Source: a virus
Taxonomy: Duplodnaviria; Caudoviricetes
Virus record (IMG/VR): IMGVR_UViG_3300037408_000403
Span: 3,026 to 67,025 of that record
Strand: one strand, 5' to 3'
Length of the DNA: 64,000 nt
Position 1 is the first letter of the stretch. Every line of letters begins with the position of its first letter. Below, piece after piece: positions 18,116 to 26,947 of this stretch. Below the pieces are notes generated by a model. That model did not search any database and had not been told where the DNA came from. It saw only the letters and a program-made list of their open reading frames with translations. A program made the translations under genes and the position numbers.

Positions 18116-19474
18116 TTACGCTTTTGGAGCGATGATTGAGTGTGTTGCCGGGTAGCGGACGATAACACCGGTTGTCTCTTCGATGATCACAGCGTCCACA
18201 TTCCTCTGTCCTGATTCTTTCAGGCTGAGTTTCCTTGTTGCCATAGGCTTGAAGGTATGCTTCTCGATGTGATTCATGTCAAGGACGATACCATTGTCAC
18301 CCCATCCTGCCAGGTCAAGCAGAGGATGATGCTTGAACAGCAGTTTACCGAAGTTAGTCTCGATAGCCTTGAAAGTAAGACCCCATTTAACCTCTGTCTG
18401 CTTGGCTTCAAGCTGTTTTATAATGGTGTCAACCTTTGTGAGGTTAGCCATCAGGCCATCGCCACCGAAGAGGATTCTCGTGTCAGCTCCACTATTGCCG
18501 GTGAATATTGATTTGGTCCAGTCAACAAATGTTGCATTGTCAATGGTCCTGTCCGTTCCACCTGTGCCATACTCGAGGCCATTGGTAATAAACCTGGTGA
18601 TCCCACCTGTGGAATACCTGTCTTTACCGTCACCTTCACTGGTAAGGAGTGACCTTACACCAAAGAGGAAGGAATATTCCATCGTGGCTCTCATGTCATA
18701 GATGTTCTGAGCTTCGTAATCTGAGAAGTTCCAGTCAACCTCTTTCTCATGTATCCTCTGGAAGGTTGACTCTTCAACCTGGGCCATGAAGATCTGCATG
18801 TAGTTATAATCCTTAACAGGGATTATTCCATAAGGGGTTGTCTGCGCATCAAGTTCATGTTTACAAGCACCGAGGCGTACAACTCTTGTGTCAATAGGAA
18901 TTGTTGGCAGGATCATCTTTCCGGCAGTGGTTCCTGTTCCGGCAAGGCCGTTAAGAGGCTGAACGGTTATATATGAGCTCCCTACGTTTCTTGCAATGAC
19001 ATAGCATACTAAGTCTTTGCCGTCAACGCCAGTTACACCTTTCATCATACAAGTGTCATCAGCGGCCCACATTGCAATATTGTGTACTGCAAGGTTTGCT
19101 GTAACAGCTCCGTCACCAGCATTAGTGTATGCAGCATGAACCGTGTCATAAAGAGGACGGCTATCAACAGCATAGTAGTCTGAACGGAATGACTTGATAG
19201 ATGTCTGGTTGCCTATCTGCCTGAGAATAGTATCAAGCGGAGTAGCAGCAGGACGCATCTGAGTGACCAGCTTACTCACATAATCCCTGTCGAGATCAGC
19301 AGATCCGGCTTTCACGTTATCAACCGTCACGGGTTCACCAATGACCACTGCTCCTACACCGTAGATGACAGCACCACCAGCAGCCGCAAGGGTGTTGAAT
19401 GCCGCAAGGATAGCCATCATAAACAGCAATCCGAACAGCTTGGTTCCGATATTAAAAATGTTTGAGTTTTTCAT
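18116..19474 (-). CDS. Major capsid protein (DUF5309/SU10-like HK97 fold) with a hydrophobic N-terminal extension
   Basis: TPLDTIL, NYMQIF, EYSFLFG, TGGITRFI, IETNFGKL motifs; follows the scaffold gene; followed by a stabilising hairpin. Confidence 0.85.
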   Translation of the reverse strand: MKNSNIFNIGTKLFGLLFMMAILAAFNTLAAAGGAVIYGVGAVVIGEPVTVDNVKAGSADLDRDYVSKLVTQMRPAATPLDTILRQIGNQTSIKSFRSDYYAVDSRPLYDTVHAAYTNAGDGAVTANLAVHNIAMWAADDTCMMKGVTGVDGKDLVCYVIARNVGSSYITVQPLNGLAGTGTTAGKMILPTIPIDTRVVRLGACKHELDAQTTPYGIIPVKDYNYMQIFMAQVEESTFQRIHEKEVDWNFSDYEAQNIYDMRATMEYSFLFGVRSLLTSEGDGKDRYSTGGITRFITNGLEYGTGGTDRTIDNATFVDWTKSIFTGNSGADTRILFGGDGLMANLTKVDTIIKQLEAKQTEVKWGLTFKAIETNFGKLLFKHHPLLDLAGWGDNGIVLDMNHIEKHTFKPMATRKLSLKESGQRNVDAVIIEETTGVIVRYPATHSIIAPKA

Positions 19475-19514
19475 CTCTGTCTTTAATTTGATTAATTGAT
19501 TGTTATAAAAGTGG

Positions 19515-20333
19515 TTACATTACTTGTCGTTTCTTAACCCTGGCAGCCAATTCATCCATGTAGTTGGGTGCTGTGGCAGGCTTGTCGGGTGAGTCACCGG
19601 CCTTAGTAGGTCGTGGGAGCCCGTCACCTTCTGTCGGTGCTACCTCTTTCTTGGCAACAATAGCCTGGTTACGTCCGGCTATCTCCCCATCTTCCTTAGC
19701 CTTGGCAAGGTCGGTGTCGTAGGTGAAAGCCTTATTCAGTCGTGAAAGGGCCTCCTTGGTGATCCTGCCATTGTTAAAGTCGGAGAGCATGCCGTCAATC
19801 TTCTCGAGGAGCTCCTGTACTTTTGTCTCTTCCAGTCCGTTCTCCTCTGCCCATGCTTCCATCTCTGCTTGACTGACGTTAAGGTTATTGGCATACTCAT
19901 CCTCGAATTTTCTGCGCTTGCCTATGGATTCCTCCCGTGCGGCCTTATTCTTGGACCATCCTTCATAATCGGGATCGCCCTCGATAGCCACGATGTCTTC
20001 CGGTGAGATATGGCGAGCCAGGGCCTCACGGAACGTAGCCCCTGAGATCATGTCCCTTACTATCTCTCCTACCTGTGGCTCTGCATCGAACAGGGCAAGG
20101 AGCTTCTTATTGGCATCCTGTCCCCTGGTCTTGTATTCCTCGAGTGATCCGAGGTATTCATCCATTCCTGTGTCGTAGTCCTCCGGGGACTCGAACTTGC
20201 GGTCAGGATATGCCTTGGAGAGCCTGTCTGCATACCTGTTTACAGGGGCAGGTGCTACCTCCGGTGTAGGCGTAACCTCTGTCTCCTGCGAAACAACCGC
20301 TTCAGGGGTTATGACTTTTTCTTCTTTTTCCAT
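19515..20333 (-). CDS. Putative scaffolding protein
   Basis: Acidic, helical, Pro-rich ends; directly upstream of the MCP. Confidence 0.65.
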   Translation of the reverse strand: MEKEEKVITPEAVVSQETEVTPTPEVAPAPVNRYADRLSKAYPDRKFESPEDYDTGMDEYLGSLEEYKTRGQDANKKLLALFDAEPQVGEIVRDMISGATFREALARHISPEDIVAIEGDPDYEGWSKNKAAREESIGKRRKFEDEYANNLNVSQAEMEAWAEENGLEETKVQELLEKIDGMLSDFNNGRITKEALSRLNKAFTYDTDLAKAKEDGEIAGRNQAIVAKKEVAPTEGDGLPRPTKAGDSPDKPATAPNYMDELAARVKKRQVM

Positions 20334-20373
20334 GTGTATTTCTGTTACTGCAATAACGTAGTTTCTAAAGTCT

Positions 20374-20381
20374 CAAACATA
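20374..20381 (-). promoter_or_regulatory. -7 box (TATGTTTG) of the scaffold/capsid/fibre/lysis operon
   Basis: Exact TAnnTTTG match 40 nt upstream of the scaffold start. Confidence 0.7.
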
Positions 20382-20403
20382 TACATGATGTTGAAAACAT
20401 TAC

Positions 20404-20437
20404 GGATTATTAGTCCGCATTTACGGTTAAATAATCC
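20404..20437. promoter_or_regulatory. 13-8-13 inverted-repeat operator, copy 1
   Basis: GGATTATTAGTCC-gcatttac-GGTTAAATAATCC; same architecture as 45626-45659. Confidence 0.75.
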
Positions 20438-20445
20438 TATATTTA
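20438..20445 (+). promoter_or_regulatory. -7-like box (TATATTTA) for the HTH/TerL operon, abutting the operator
   Basis: One mismatch to TAnnTTTG; 15 nt before the first ATG. Confidence 0.55.
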
Positions 20446-20460
20446 CTGCATAACTGAAGT

Positions 20461-20661
20461 ATGTCAATGAGTAAAAGAGAAGGTTTCGGTAAGGCAAGGC
20501 GCATACGAATCCATGCCGAGTACGAAAGACAACTAAAATGCTATCCAGTTAGAGGACGGGGAGAAATCATAAAAGAGATTGTTTCTAATGTAGCAGATAC
20601 TCTCGGGTATTCACCGGAGTATGTGCGAAAAGCCATTAATAGCATTCTCAAGGGCAAGTAA
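20461..20661 (+). CDS. Small HTH protein, candidate late-gene regulator
   Basis: IVSNVADTLGYSPEYVRKAI HTH pattern; TAATG coupling to TerL. Confidence 0.6.
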   Translation: MSMSKREGFGKARRIRIHAEYERQLKCYPVRGRGEIIKEIVSNVADTLGYSPEYVRKAINSILKGK

Positions 20662-22655
20662 TGGATGGGCAGATAGATAGCATCATCCAGGAGAACAAAG
20701 CCCGGAGGGAGCTCCTCATGTCTCCATACGACCCGGTGACAGGAGAAGGATCACCCATAGCAAGGAAGGTGATCTCATTCTCTGCCGCAGGTCAGCAGAT
20801 GTGTTGGGGCTTCCCCCTGGCAATGTATGAGGAGAATAAAGTATTGCTTGATGCTATTGAGGCACATCAGAGTGTCGAGGCCACGATGAAGTTTGCATCA
20901 CAGATATGCGACTCTTATTCGGTGGCTATATTCATGAAGGACCTGATGAACATGAGGTTCCGACATGACTTTGAGTTTTGGGCCTTCTCCACCGTAAAGA
21001 TACAGGATAAGCAGTCCAAACAGATGATACCATTTAGGCTGAACCGGCCTCAGAGAAAGGCTCTGGCTATCATAGAGAAGATGCGTAGGGACCGGACTCC
21101 TATTCGTTTCATAATATGCAAGGCTCGTCAGTGGGGAGGATCTACCCTGGTACAGATCTACATGGCATGGATGCAGATAATACAGCGTACCGGATGGCAC
21201 TCTGCTATTGTGACAGACGTTGAAGATCAGGCCCGTAATATCAGGGGGATGTTTTCAAAACTGGCAAAGAACTATCCAAAGGTGCTTGGCAGTATTGTAT
21301 TCATGCCACATGAAGGATCAACAAAGAACAGAATCATAAAGGACAGGGGCTGTATCATAGGTGTTGGATCGGTACAGAAGCCCGACAGCTTGCGCTCTTT
21401 CGACTTCGCAATGACTCATATGAGCGAGGTGAGTCTTTGGAAGAGCACTGCACAGAAGTCAGCCGAGGATCTTGCACAGACACTCCGGGCAACAGTACCT
21501 GATGTTCCTGACTCCCTGGCAGCAGTAGAGTCAAGCCCCAAAGGAGTTGGGAACTTCTTCCACCGGGAATGGCTCGCAGCGAAAGAGGGGAAGAGCTCTT
21601 ATGTTCCCATCTATGTCGCATGGCATGAGATCGAGATGTACCAGAAGCCTGTTGAGAACTATGAGGTATTCATCAAGTGGATGCTCTCTGACTCTTATGC
21701 AATGTACCTATGGAACCTGGGAGCGACCCTTGAAGGGATAAAGTGGTACTTCGATACAAAGCGAGGAGAGAACTATGATGACTGGAGGATGAAGAGTGAG
21801 TATTCCTCTGATGACATCGAGGCCTTCCAGTCAACCGGTGCCAGGGTGTTCTCTCAAGCCTATGTAGAGCTGGCCCGGAGGAATAATAAAGATCCCGAGT
21901 TTATTGGAGACGTATTCGGCAGTACCAACAAAGGTAAAACTGCTCTCGATGGAGTGGACTTTAAGGTTGTTGACCGGGGCCCGATGTATGTATGGGGTCT
22001 CCCGGATAAGTCAATAAACATCAGTAACCGATACCTGGTCACTGTGGATATCGGAGGCAGAACGGAGAAGGCAGATTACTCAGTGATCAGAGTGATAGAC
22101 CGGTACTGGATGAGCGAGGGAGGCAAGCCGGAGATAGTAGCCACATGGAGAGGACATATTGATCAGGACCTTCTCGCATGGAAGGCAGCACAGATCTCGA
22201 AACTATATAACAATGCCCTTCTTGTTGTTGAGTCAAACTCCCTCAATACTGAGGAGAGCGAGGGTAATCACTTCCTAACAGTGCTTGATGAGGTTGTGAA
22301 ATACTATCCTAACATCTATGCCCGGACGGAGCCGGATAAGGTACGGCAGGGTCTCCCTATCAGATATGGGTTCCAGACCAACATGAATACAAAGCCGATG
22401 GTCATTGACACCCTGAATGGGGCACTGAGGGAAGAGGCATATATCGAGAGGGACCGCAGGGCATGTGATGAAATGGACACATATGAGGTAAAAGAGAACG
22501 GCACCTATGGAGCTGTCGAGGGGTGCCATGATGATATCGTGATGGCAACGGCAATAGGGCTGTGGATATGCTTTAACTATATGCCTATGCCGAAAGAGTT
22601 TACTCCGTCATCAGGCAAGGGTAAGAACAGAATAATCAGTGAGGCAACTATATAA
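20661..22655 (+). CDS. terL: Terminase large subunit
   Basis: CKARQWGGST Walker A, HMSEV Walker B, VESSPKG motif, VTVDIGG...ADYS and CHDDIVMA nuclease motifs. Confidence 0.93.
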   Translation: MDGQIDSIIQENKARRELLMSPYDPVTGEGSPIARKVISFSAAGQQMCWGFPLAMYEENKVLLDAIEAHQSVEATMKFASQICDSYSVAIFMKDLMNMRFRHDFEFWAFSTVKIQDKQSKQMIPFRLNRPQRKALAIIEKMRRDRTPIRFIICKARQWGGSTLVQIYMAWMQIIQRTGWHSAIVTDVEDQARNIRGMFSKLAKNYPKVLGSIVFMPHEGSTKNRIIKDRGCIIGVGSVQKPDSLRSFDFAMTHMSEVSLWKSTAQKSAEDLAQTLRATVPDVPDSLAAVESSPKGVGNFFHREWLAAKEGKSSYVPIYVAWHEIEMYQKPVENYEVFIKWMLSDSYAMYLWNLGATLEGIKWYFDTKRGENYDDWRMKSEYSSDDIEAFQSTGARVFSQAYVELARRNNKDPEFIGDVFGSTNKGKTALDGVDFKVVDRGPMYVWGLPDKSINISNRYLVTVDIGGRTEKADYSVIRVIDRYWMSEGGKPEIVATWRGHIDQDLLAWKAAQISKLYNNALLVVESNSLNTEESEGNHFLTVLDEVVKYYPNIYARTEPDKVRQGLPIRYGFQTNMNTKPMVIDTLNGALREEAYIERDRRACDEMDTYEVKENGTYGAVEGCHDDIVMATAIGLWICFNYMPMPKEFTPSSGKGKNRIISEATI

Positions 22656-22665
22656 AAACACTATC

Positions 22666-23085
22666 ATGGGAAACGTATTTCAAGATCTCTGGACCCGGAT
22701 TATTATTGACTGGAAGGAATGGAGGGCACACACAATAGCAAGCTGGACGGAGAGAAGGGCACACAGAATTGCGGCACGTAATGTCAAGAGGGATAACAGG
22801 CATATTGATGAGGCTGTCAAGAGGGCCAAGATAAAGAACTCTGAGAATAGAAAGACCTATTACATCATGCCGGACCTTTTCGGAGGCATTAATGAGCTGA
22901 CCAAGGATGAGATAGACTTCTTTACCCGTAAGGGCGTATTCCCAAAGATGAACTATCTCCAAAGACTCGAGAGGTGTGTTACCATCATCACAAGCAACCG
23001 CTATACACAGGCTGACTTTAACAGGATCAAGGAAAATAAAAAACGCAAAACAAATGGACCAGGTAAGAAAACAGAAGATAGCTGA
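22666..23085 (+). CDS. Hypothetical basic protein
   Basis: ORF immediately after TerL; start chosen at MGNVFQ. Confidence 0.6.
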   Translation: MGNVFQDLWTRIIIDWKEWRAHTIASWTERRAHRIAARNVKRDNRHIDEAVKRAKIKNSENRKTYYIMPDLFGGINELTKDEIDFFTRKGVFPKMNYLQRLERCVTIITSNRYTQADFNRIKENKKRKTNGPGKKTEDS

Positions 23086-23617
23086 TGCTATCGCTCTTGC
23101 ACAGAGCAATGAACAGGTTATGCACAAGGATGCTGCAGCAATCTTTGGGTGCAGCCCTCTTGTATTTACCTACCTCAAAAAAGAGAAATACTGGGGCAAT
23201 ATAGGTAGGGACGTATGGGCACAGTTGGAGAAATGGATGTTCTCAGGCAAGAAGCTCAAGGACTATCCGAAGGCTGATGACGTGCAGGATGAAGAACAGG
23301 CACAATCAACCGTGCCGTCAAGAATAGAACTGTTAACAAAAGATATAAAGCCTATGTTTTTGTCTCAGGTTAAGCCATCTGCAAATGCTTTAATCGCTGC
23401 CGCCAAGGAGAAGGCACACCAGATGAGAGACGAGGCAAGAGAGACACGCAAGCAGAAGGGGAAGGATAAGCCAGCACCAGATCCAAAGCCACAAAAGGAG
23501 GTAGAGGCTCAGATAGCAGTAGTGGTGCCTGAGAAGAAAGATAAGGTTGTAAGCAAGTCCGGTGACATCATCGCCAAACTTGCCTTTGAGATTGAGATAC
23601 TTATTAAACTTAAATAG
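23054..23617 (+). CDS. Hypothetical protein with a possible N-terminal HTH
   Basis: MHKDAAAIFGCSPLVFTYLK pattern; start chosen at MDQVRK. Confidence 0.55.
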   Translation: MDQVRKQKIADAIALAQSNEQVMHKDAAAIFGCSPLVFTYLKKEKYWGNIGRDVWAQLEKWMFSGKKLKDYPKADDVQDEEQAQSTVPSRIELLTKDIKPMFLSQVKPSANALIAAAKEKAHQMRDEARETRKQKGKDKPAPDPKPQKEVEAQIAVVVPEKKDKVVSKSGDIIAKLAFEIEILIKLK

Positions 23618-23619
23618 CT

Positions 23620-24027
23620 ATGGGAATAACAAACATGGTCATCCTCAGTGGAAACATGGGCAAGGACCCCGATATCAAGTACATGGATAATGGCAAGCCA
23701 AAGGCCTCTTTCACCTTTGCTACCAATGAAACATACACTGACAAGGACGGCAACAGGCAGACCCGGACCGAGTGGCATAATATTGTCGCATGGGGTAAGG
23801 TCGCAGAGCTAATCGAGAAATATGTCCGTAAGGGAGACAAGCTGCTCATCCAGGGTAAGATCCAATACCGGAGCTGGGATGACAGGGACGGGAACAAGAA
23901 ATACATCACTGAGATCATTGCTGAGGAAATACAGCTCCTCAGTCCTCCTCCCGGGAATAAGTCAGCACCGGAGTATGCGGCATCGGTTGTGAATAACCAG
24001 GCTGCAAATAGTGATCTCCCATTTTAG
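23620..24027 (+). CDS. ssb: Single-stranded DNA-binding protein
   Basis: NMVILSGNMGKDP, TEWHNIVAWG, KGDKLLIQGKI, C-terminal DLPF. Confidence 0.95.
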   Translation: MGITNMVILSGNMGKDPDIKYMDNGKPKASFTFATNETYTDKDGNRQTRTEWHNIVAWGKVAELIEKYVRKGDKLLIQGKIQYRSWDDRDGNKKYITEIIAEEIQLLSPPPGNKSAPEYAASVVNNQAANSDLPF

Positions 24028-24045
24028 TCGGTAATAACTCGTACT

Positions 24046-24918
24046 GTGATGACCGGAATATATAAAATACAATCTAAGTGTAAGCCTGAGCGTGTCTATA
24101 TTGGAAGTGCTGTTGATATAAGAGTACGATGGAATATTCACAGAAGCGATCTTAAATTGGGGGAGCATCATTCAAAGAAACTGCAAAGACATTATGATAA
24201 GTATGGTTTATGTGATTTACGCTTCAGTATCCTCATAGAGTGTGACAAGAAAGATATAGTAGCACATGAGCAATTTTTTATTGACTGCTATCACCCATAT
24301 TTTAATAATGCGATGACTGCGAGAAGCATGCTTGGGTATAAACACTCCGAGGAAACAAAAAGGAAATTCAGCCTTCTGCGTAAAGGGAGACCAAGTACAA
24401 GGAAAGGAACGAAGGTTTCTCCAGAAACCCTCGAAAAAATGAGAAGAGCTAATTTAGGAAAGAAACTTTCGGAAGAGACAAAAAGAAAAATAGGTGAGGC
24501 AGTCAAAGGTAAAAATACTTGGTCGTGGGGGAATAAATATAGATTAGGCAAATATCACACTGAGGAAAGTAACGAAAAAAACAGGCAGTCAAATATTGGA
24601 TTACAGGCTGGGGCTAAACATCCAATGTACGGGAAACATCACACGGCAGAGGCACTTAAAAAAATAAGCGAGGCGTCAAAAGGCAATAAATATTGTCTTG
24701 GTAAGCACCTTACTGAAGAAGCAAAAAGAAAGTTGAGTGCAGCAAATAAAGGTAAAAAACTGTCGGTGGAGACGATAGGGAAGATGTGTGAATCCCGTAA
24801 GGGCAAACATCTTTCAGAGGAAACCCGTAGAAAAATAAGTGAGGCGCAAAAAAGAAGCTGGAATAAGAAACGTAATATAATACCTGAATTAAGTGGAGGT
24901 TGCTGTAATACGAAATAA
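24046..24918 (+). mobile_element. Free-standing GIY-YIG homing endonuclease with NUMOD3 repeats
   Basis: GIYKI...VYIGS...EQFFID followed by many (H/L)SEETKRKI repeats. Confidence 0.9.
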
Positions 24919-25315
24919 GAAACAGATGCAGGAATTGATTTGTCGTCTTAACGAAAGGCGCCTTCCGTATAGAATTGCCATTCAAGATATCTTTCCTACC
25001 AGGTCCCTTGACGTGAATAGTTATTACTGGGGTGTGGTCCTGAAGCATATCTCAGATGCCACAGGGCACACACAGGAAGAGTGTCATAAGGGATTCAAGC
25101 GCAAGCACCTTATCCGTTATGACATGAGGTACAATCCCGACACTAAGCGGTATGAGTGGAAGACAGAGGAAGGATCAACCACTGAGCTCAATAATAGAGA
25201 GGTATGGGACTATGTGCTTAAAGTTCGTGTTGAAGCTGAGATAGACATGGGGATAACCATTCCCCTTCCGAATGAGGTTTTTATCAGTGAGTTAATATTT
25301 GAGGCAGAGCTATGA
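24893..25315 (+). CDS. NinB/DUF1367-like protein
   Basis: TRSLDVNSYYWGVVL and STTELN motifs. Confidence 0.65.
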   Translation: MEVAVIRNKKQMQELICRLNERRLPYRIAIQDIFPTRSLDVNSYYWGVVLKHISDATGHTQEECHKGFKRKHLIRYDMRYNPDTKRYEWKTEEGSTTELNNREVWDYVLKVRVEAEIDMGITIPLPNEVFISELIFEAEL

Positions 25316-25575
25316 GCCGCAAGAAGCGAGATGAATACTACGTTCAGATTGACTTTGGAGATTACCAGAAGGGATATCTGTTCAAGGATAAGGAGTTCAT
25401 AGCCCTGGAATATGAGATCCCGTGTATGGGAGGGCCCTTCAGGGTGTATTGCAGAGTCACGGCAGAGCTCATTGAAGATAAGGCCTTTCATACCCTTCTT
25501 GCAGCTTTAGAGCCAAAGATTGTCCGCAAACTGACTGTGGACGAGAAGAAGTTTATCTACGAGACATGCTGCTGA
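25312..25575 (+). CDS. Hypothetical protein
   Basis: ATGA-coupled ORF. Confidence 0.55.
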   Translation: MSRKKRDEYYVQIDFGDYQKGYLFKDKEFIALEYEIPCMGGPFRVYCRVTAELIEDKAFHTLLAALEPKIVRKLTVDEKKFIYETCC

Positions 25576-25576
25576 G

Positions 25577-26275
25577 GTGATTCAACTATTTAACATAGAC
25601 TGCATGACCTTCATGGCCGACATACCAGACGGGCACTTCGACCTCGCAATCGTTGACCCTCCATACGGCATAAATGCTCCGGCAATGCAGATGGGACATG
25701 CGCCAAACAGGAAGGGTGATGGCGGTTATCCAGCCGTAAGCACAACCGTAAAACTTAAATCATTTACCGGAAGCGGAAAGCTAAAAGATAGGATACTAAA
25801 AAGGTCTAATACAGAATGGGATCTCAATCCCCCAACAGAAGAATATTTTTCCGAGCTAAAGAGGGTATCGAAGGATCAGATTATATGGGGTGCAAACTAT
25901 TTTCCACTGCCACCTTCACGGGGCATGATCTGTTGGGATAAACTGCAACCCTGGGATAACTTCTCTCAGTTCGAGCTTGCATGGTCATCATTTAATAGTC
26001 CTGCAGCTATGTTCAGATACTCTAATACAGGAGGCGCAAACGCTGAACAAAAGATCCATCCTACTCAGAAGCCGATTGCTCTCTATAAGTGGCTACTTAG
26101 GAAATATGCCAGCAAGGAGTTCAAGATAATAGATACTCATCTCGGCTCAGGGAGCTCGGCCATAGCAGCATACGACTTCGGATGTGAGTTTGTAGGGTGT
26201 GAGATAAATGAGGAATATTTCAAGGCCGCATCAGAGAGATTAAGAATCCATCAGTTACAACCAAAGCTCTTTTGA
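25577..26275 (+). CDS. DNA N6-adenine/N4-cytosine methyltransferase (beta class)
   Basis: DLAIVDPPY, HPTQKP, IIDTHLGSGSS, GCEINEEYF. Confidence 0.9.
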   Translation: MIQLFNIDCMTFMADIPDGHFDLAIVDPPYGINAPAMQMGHAPNRKGDGGYPAVSTTVKLKSFTGSGKLKDRILKRSNTEWDLNPPTEEYFSELKRVSKDQIIWGANYFPLPPSRGMICWDKLQPWDNFSQFELAWSSFNSPAAMFRYSNTGGANAEQKIHPTQKPIALYKWLLRKYASKEFKIIDTHLGSGSSAIAAYDFGCEFVGCEINEEYFKAASERLRIHQLQPKLF

Positions 26276-26276
26276 T

Positions 26277-26414
26277 ATGAAACAGAAGAAGAAGTTCATA
26301 GGAGTGATCATCACCGGGGAGCCGGTGACGGTACAGAACGCAAGGAAGGCAGGGATTGTATTGCCACCCGTGCCAGTTACAGAACAACCTAAAAAGAAGC
26401 CCGATGGAAAATGA
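26277..26414 (+). CDS. 45-aa basic hypothetical peptide (below the ORF-track cut-off)
   Basis: Translated by hand, MKQKKKFIG...KKKPDGK; fills the gap between neighbours. Confidence 0.45.
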   Translation: MKQKKKFIGVIITGEPVTVQNARKAGIVLPPVPVTEQPKKKPDGK

Positions 26415-26423
26415 GCGCATATC

Positions 26424-26876
26424 ATGGGCCAGATACTACTGGATCATATTCAGCAACAGCATGAGATACTACCTCGGAGGATGGCTAAGGAGGCAGCACT
26501 AAGCAAGATAAAGGCCTGGTACATGCGCCACTACCCTCTCTGTCTGTTATGTGGGCACAAGGTCCGGGAAGATGGAGATCTTGCACACATTATCCGAAGG
26601 TCATACACGACTGAGATCATGACACTAAAGCTCAATACGGGCTTATCGCATCGTGAGTGCCATGAGATCTTTGACAACAATGCAGAGCAAGCCCAGTTCC
26701 TCCCTCGTATTGCTGAGGTATGCTACATCATCTGGCTCCTCGATCCTGAATACTTTAACCAGGTAGCCGATAACTACCCCCAACTCCATCCTATTTTCGA
26801 GAGGTTCCCGGAGGTAGGAATAACAGAACTGGACCATCACGGAGAATTGATACAGTTGACATACCTGTACCAATAA
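26424..26876 (+). CDS. NinG/HNH-like Zn nuclease
   Basis: CLLCG...DLAHII...SHRECHEIFD. Confidence 0.6.
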   Translation: MGQILLDHIQQQHEILPRRMAKEAALSKIKAWYMRHYPLCLLCGHKVREDGDLAHIIRRSYTTEIMTLKLNTGLSHRECHEIFDNNAEQAQFLPRIAEVCYIIWLLDPEYFNQVADNYPQLHPIFERFPEVGITELDHHGELIQLTYLYQ

Positions 26877-26901
26877 AAGCCGGGGCATCTCGTACCCCGG
26901 C
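26875..26901 (-). terminator. Intrinsic terminator of the ejection/portal operon
   Basis: GCCGGGG-loop-CCCCGGC-TTTTAT on the minus strand. Confidence 0.75.
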
Positions 26902-26947
26902 CAACCCTAAAACAAACCTAACCTATGAAAAAAACCCAGAAAGAAAA

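Noticed and set aside
20334-26947. Actively invertible segment
   Set aside because: No matching inverted repeats at the two boundaries and no recombinase gene in the window.
26901-26947. G/T-rich tract (GGTTAGGTTTGTTTTAGGGTTGG on minus) as a G-quadruplex or telomere-like repeat; plus-strand ATG at 26924
   Set aside because: Only two-G runs and no true periodicity; the plus-strand ORF is short and antisense to the portal. Best read as 3' UTR.
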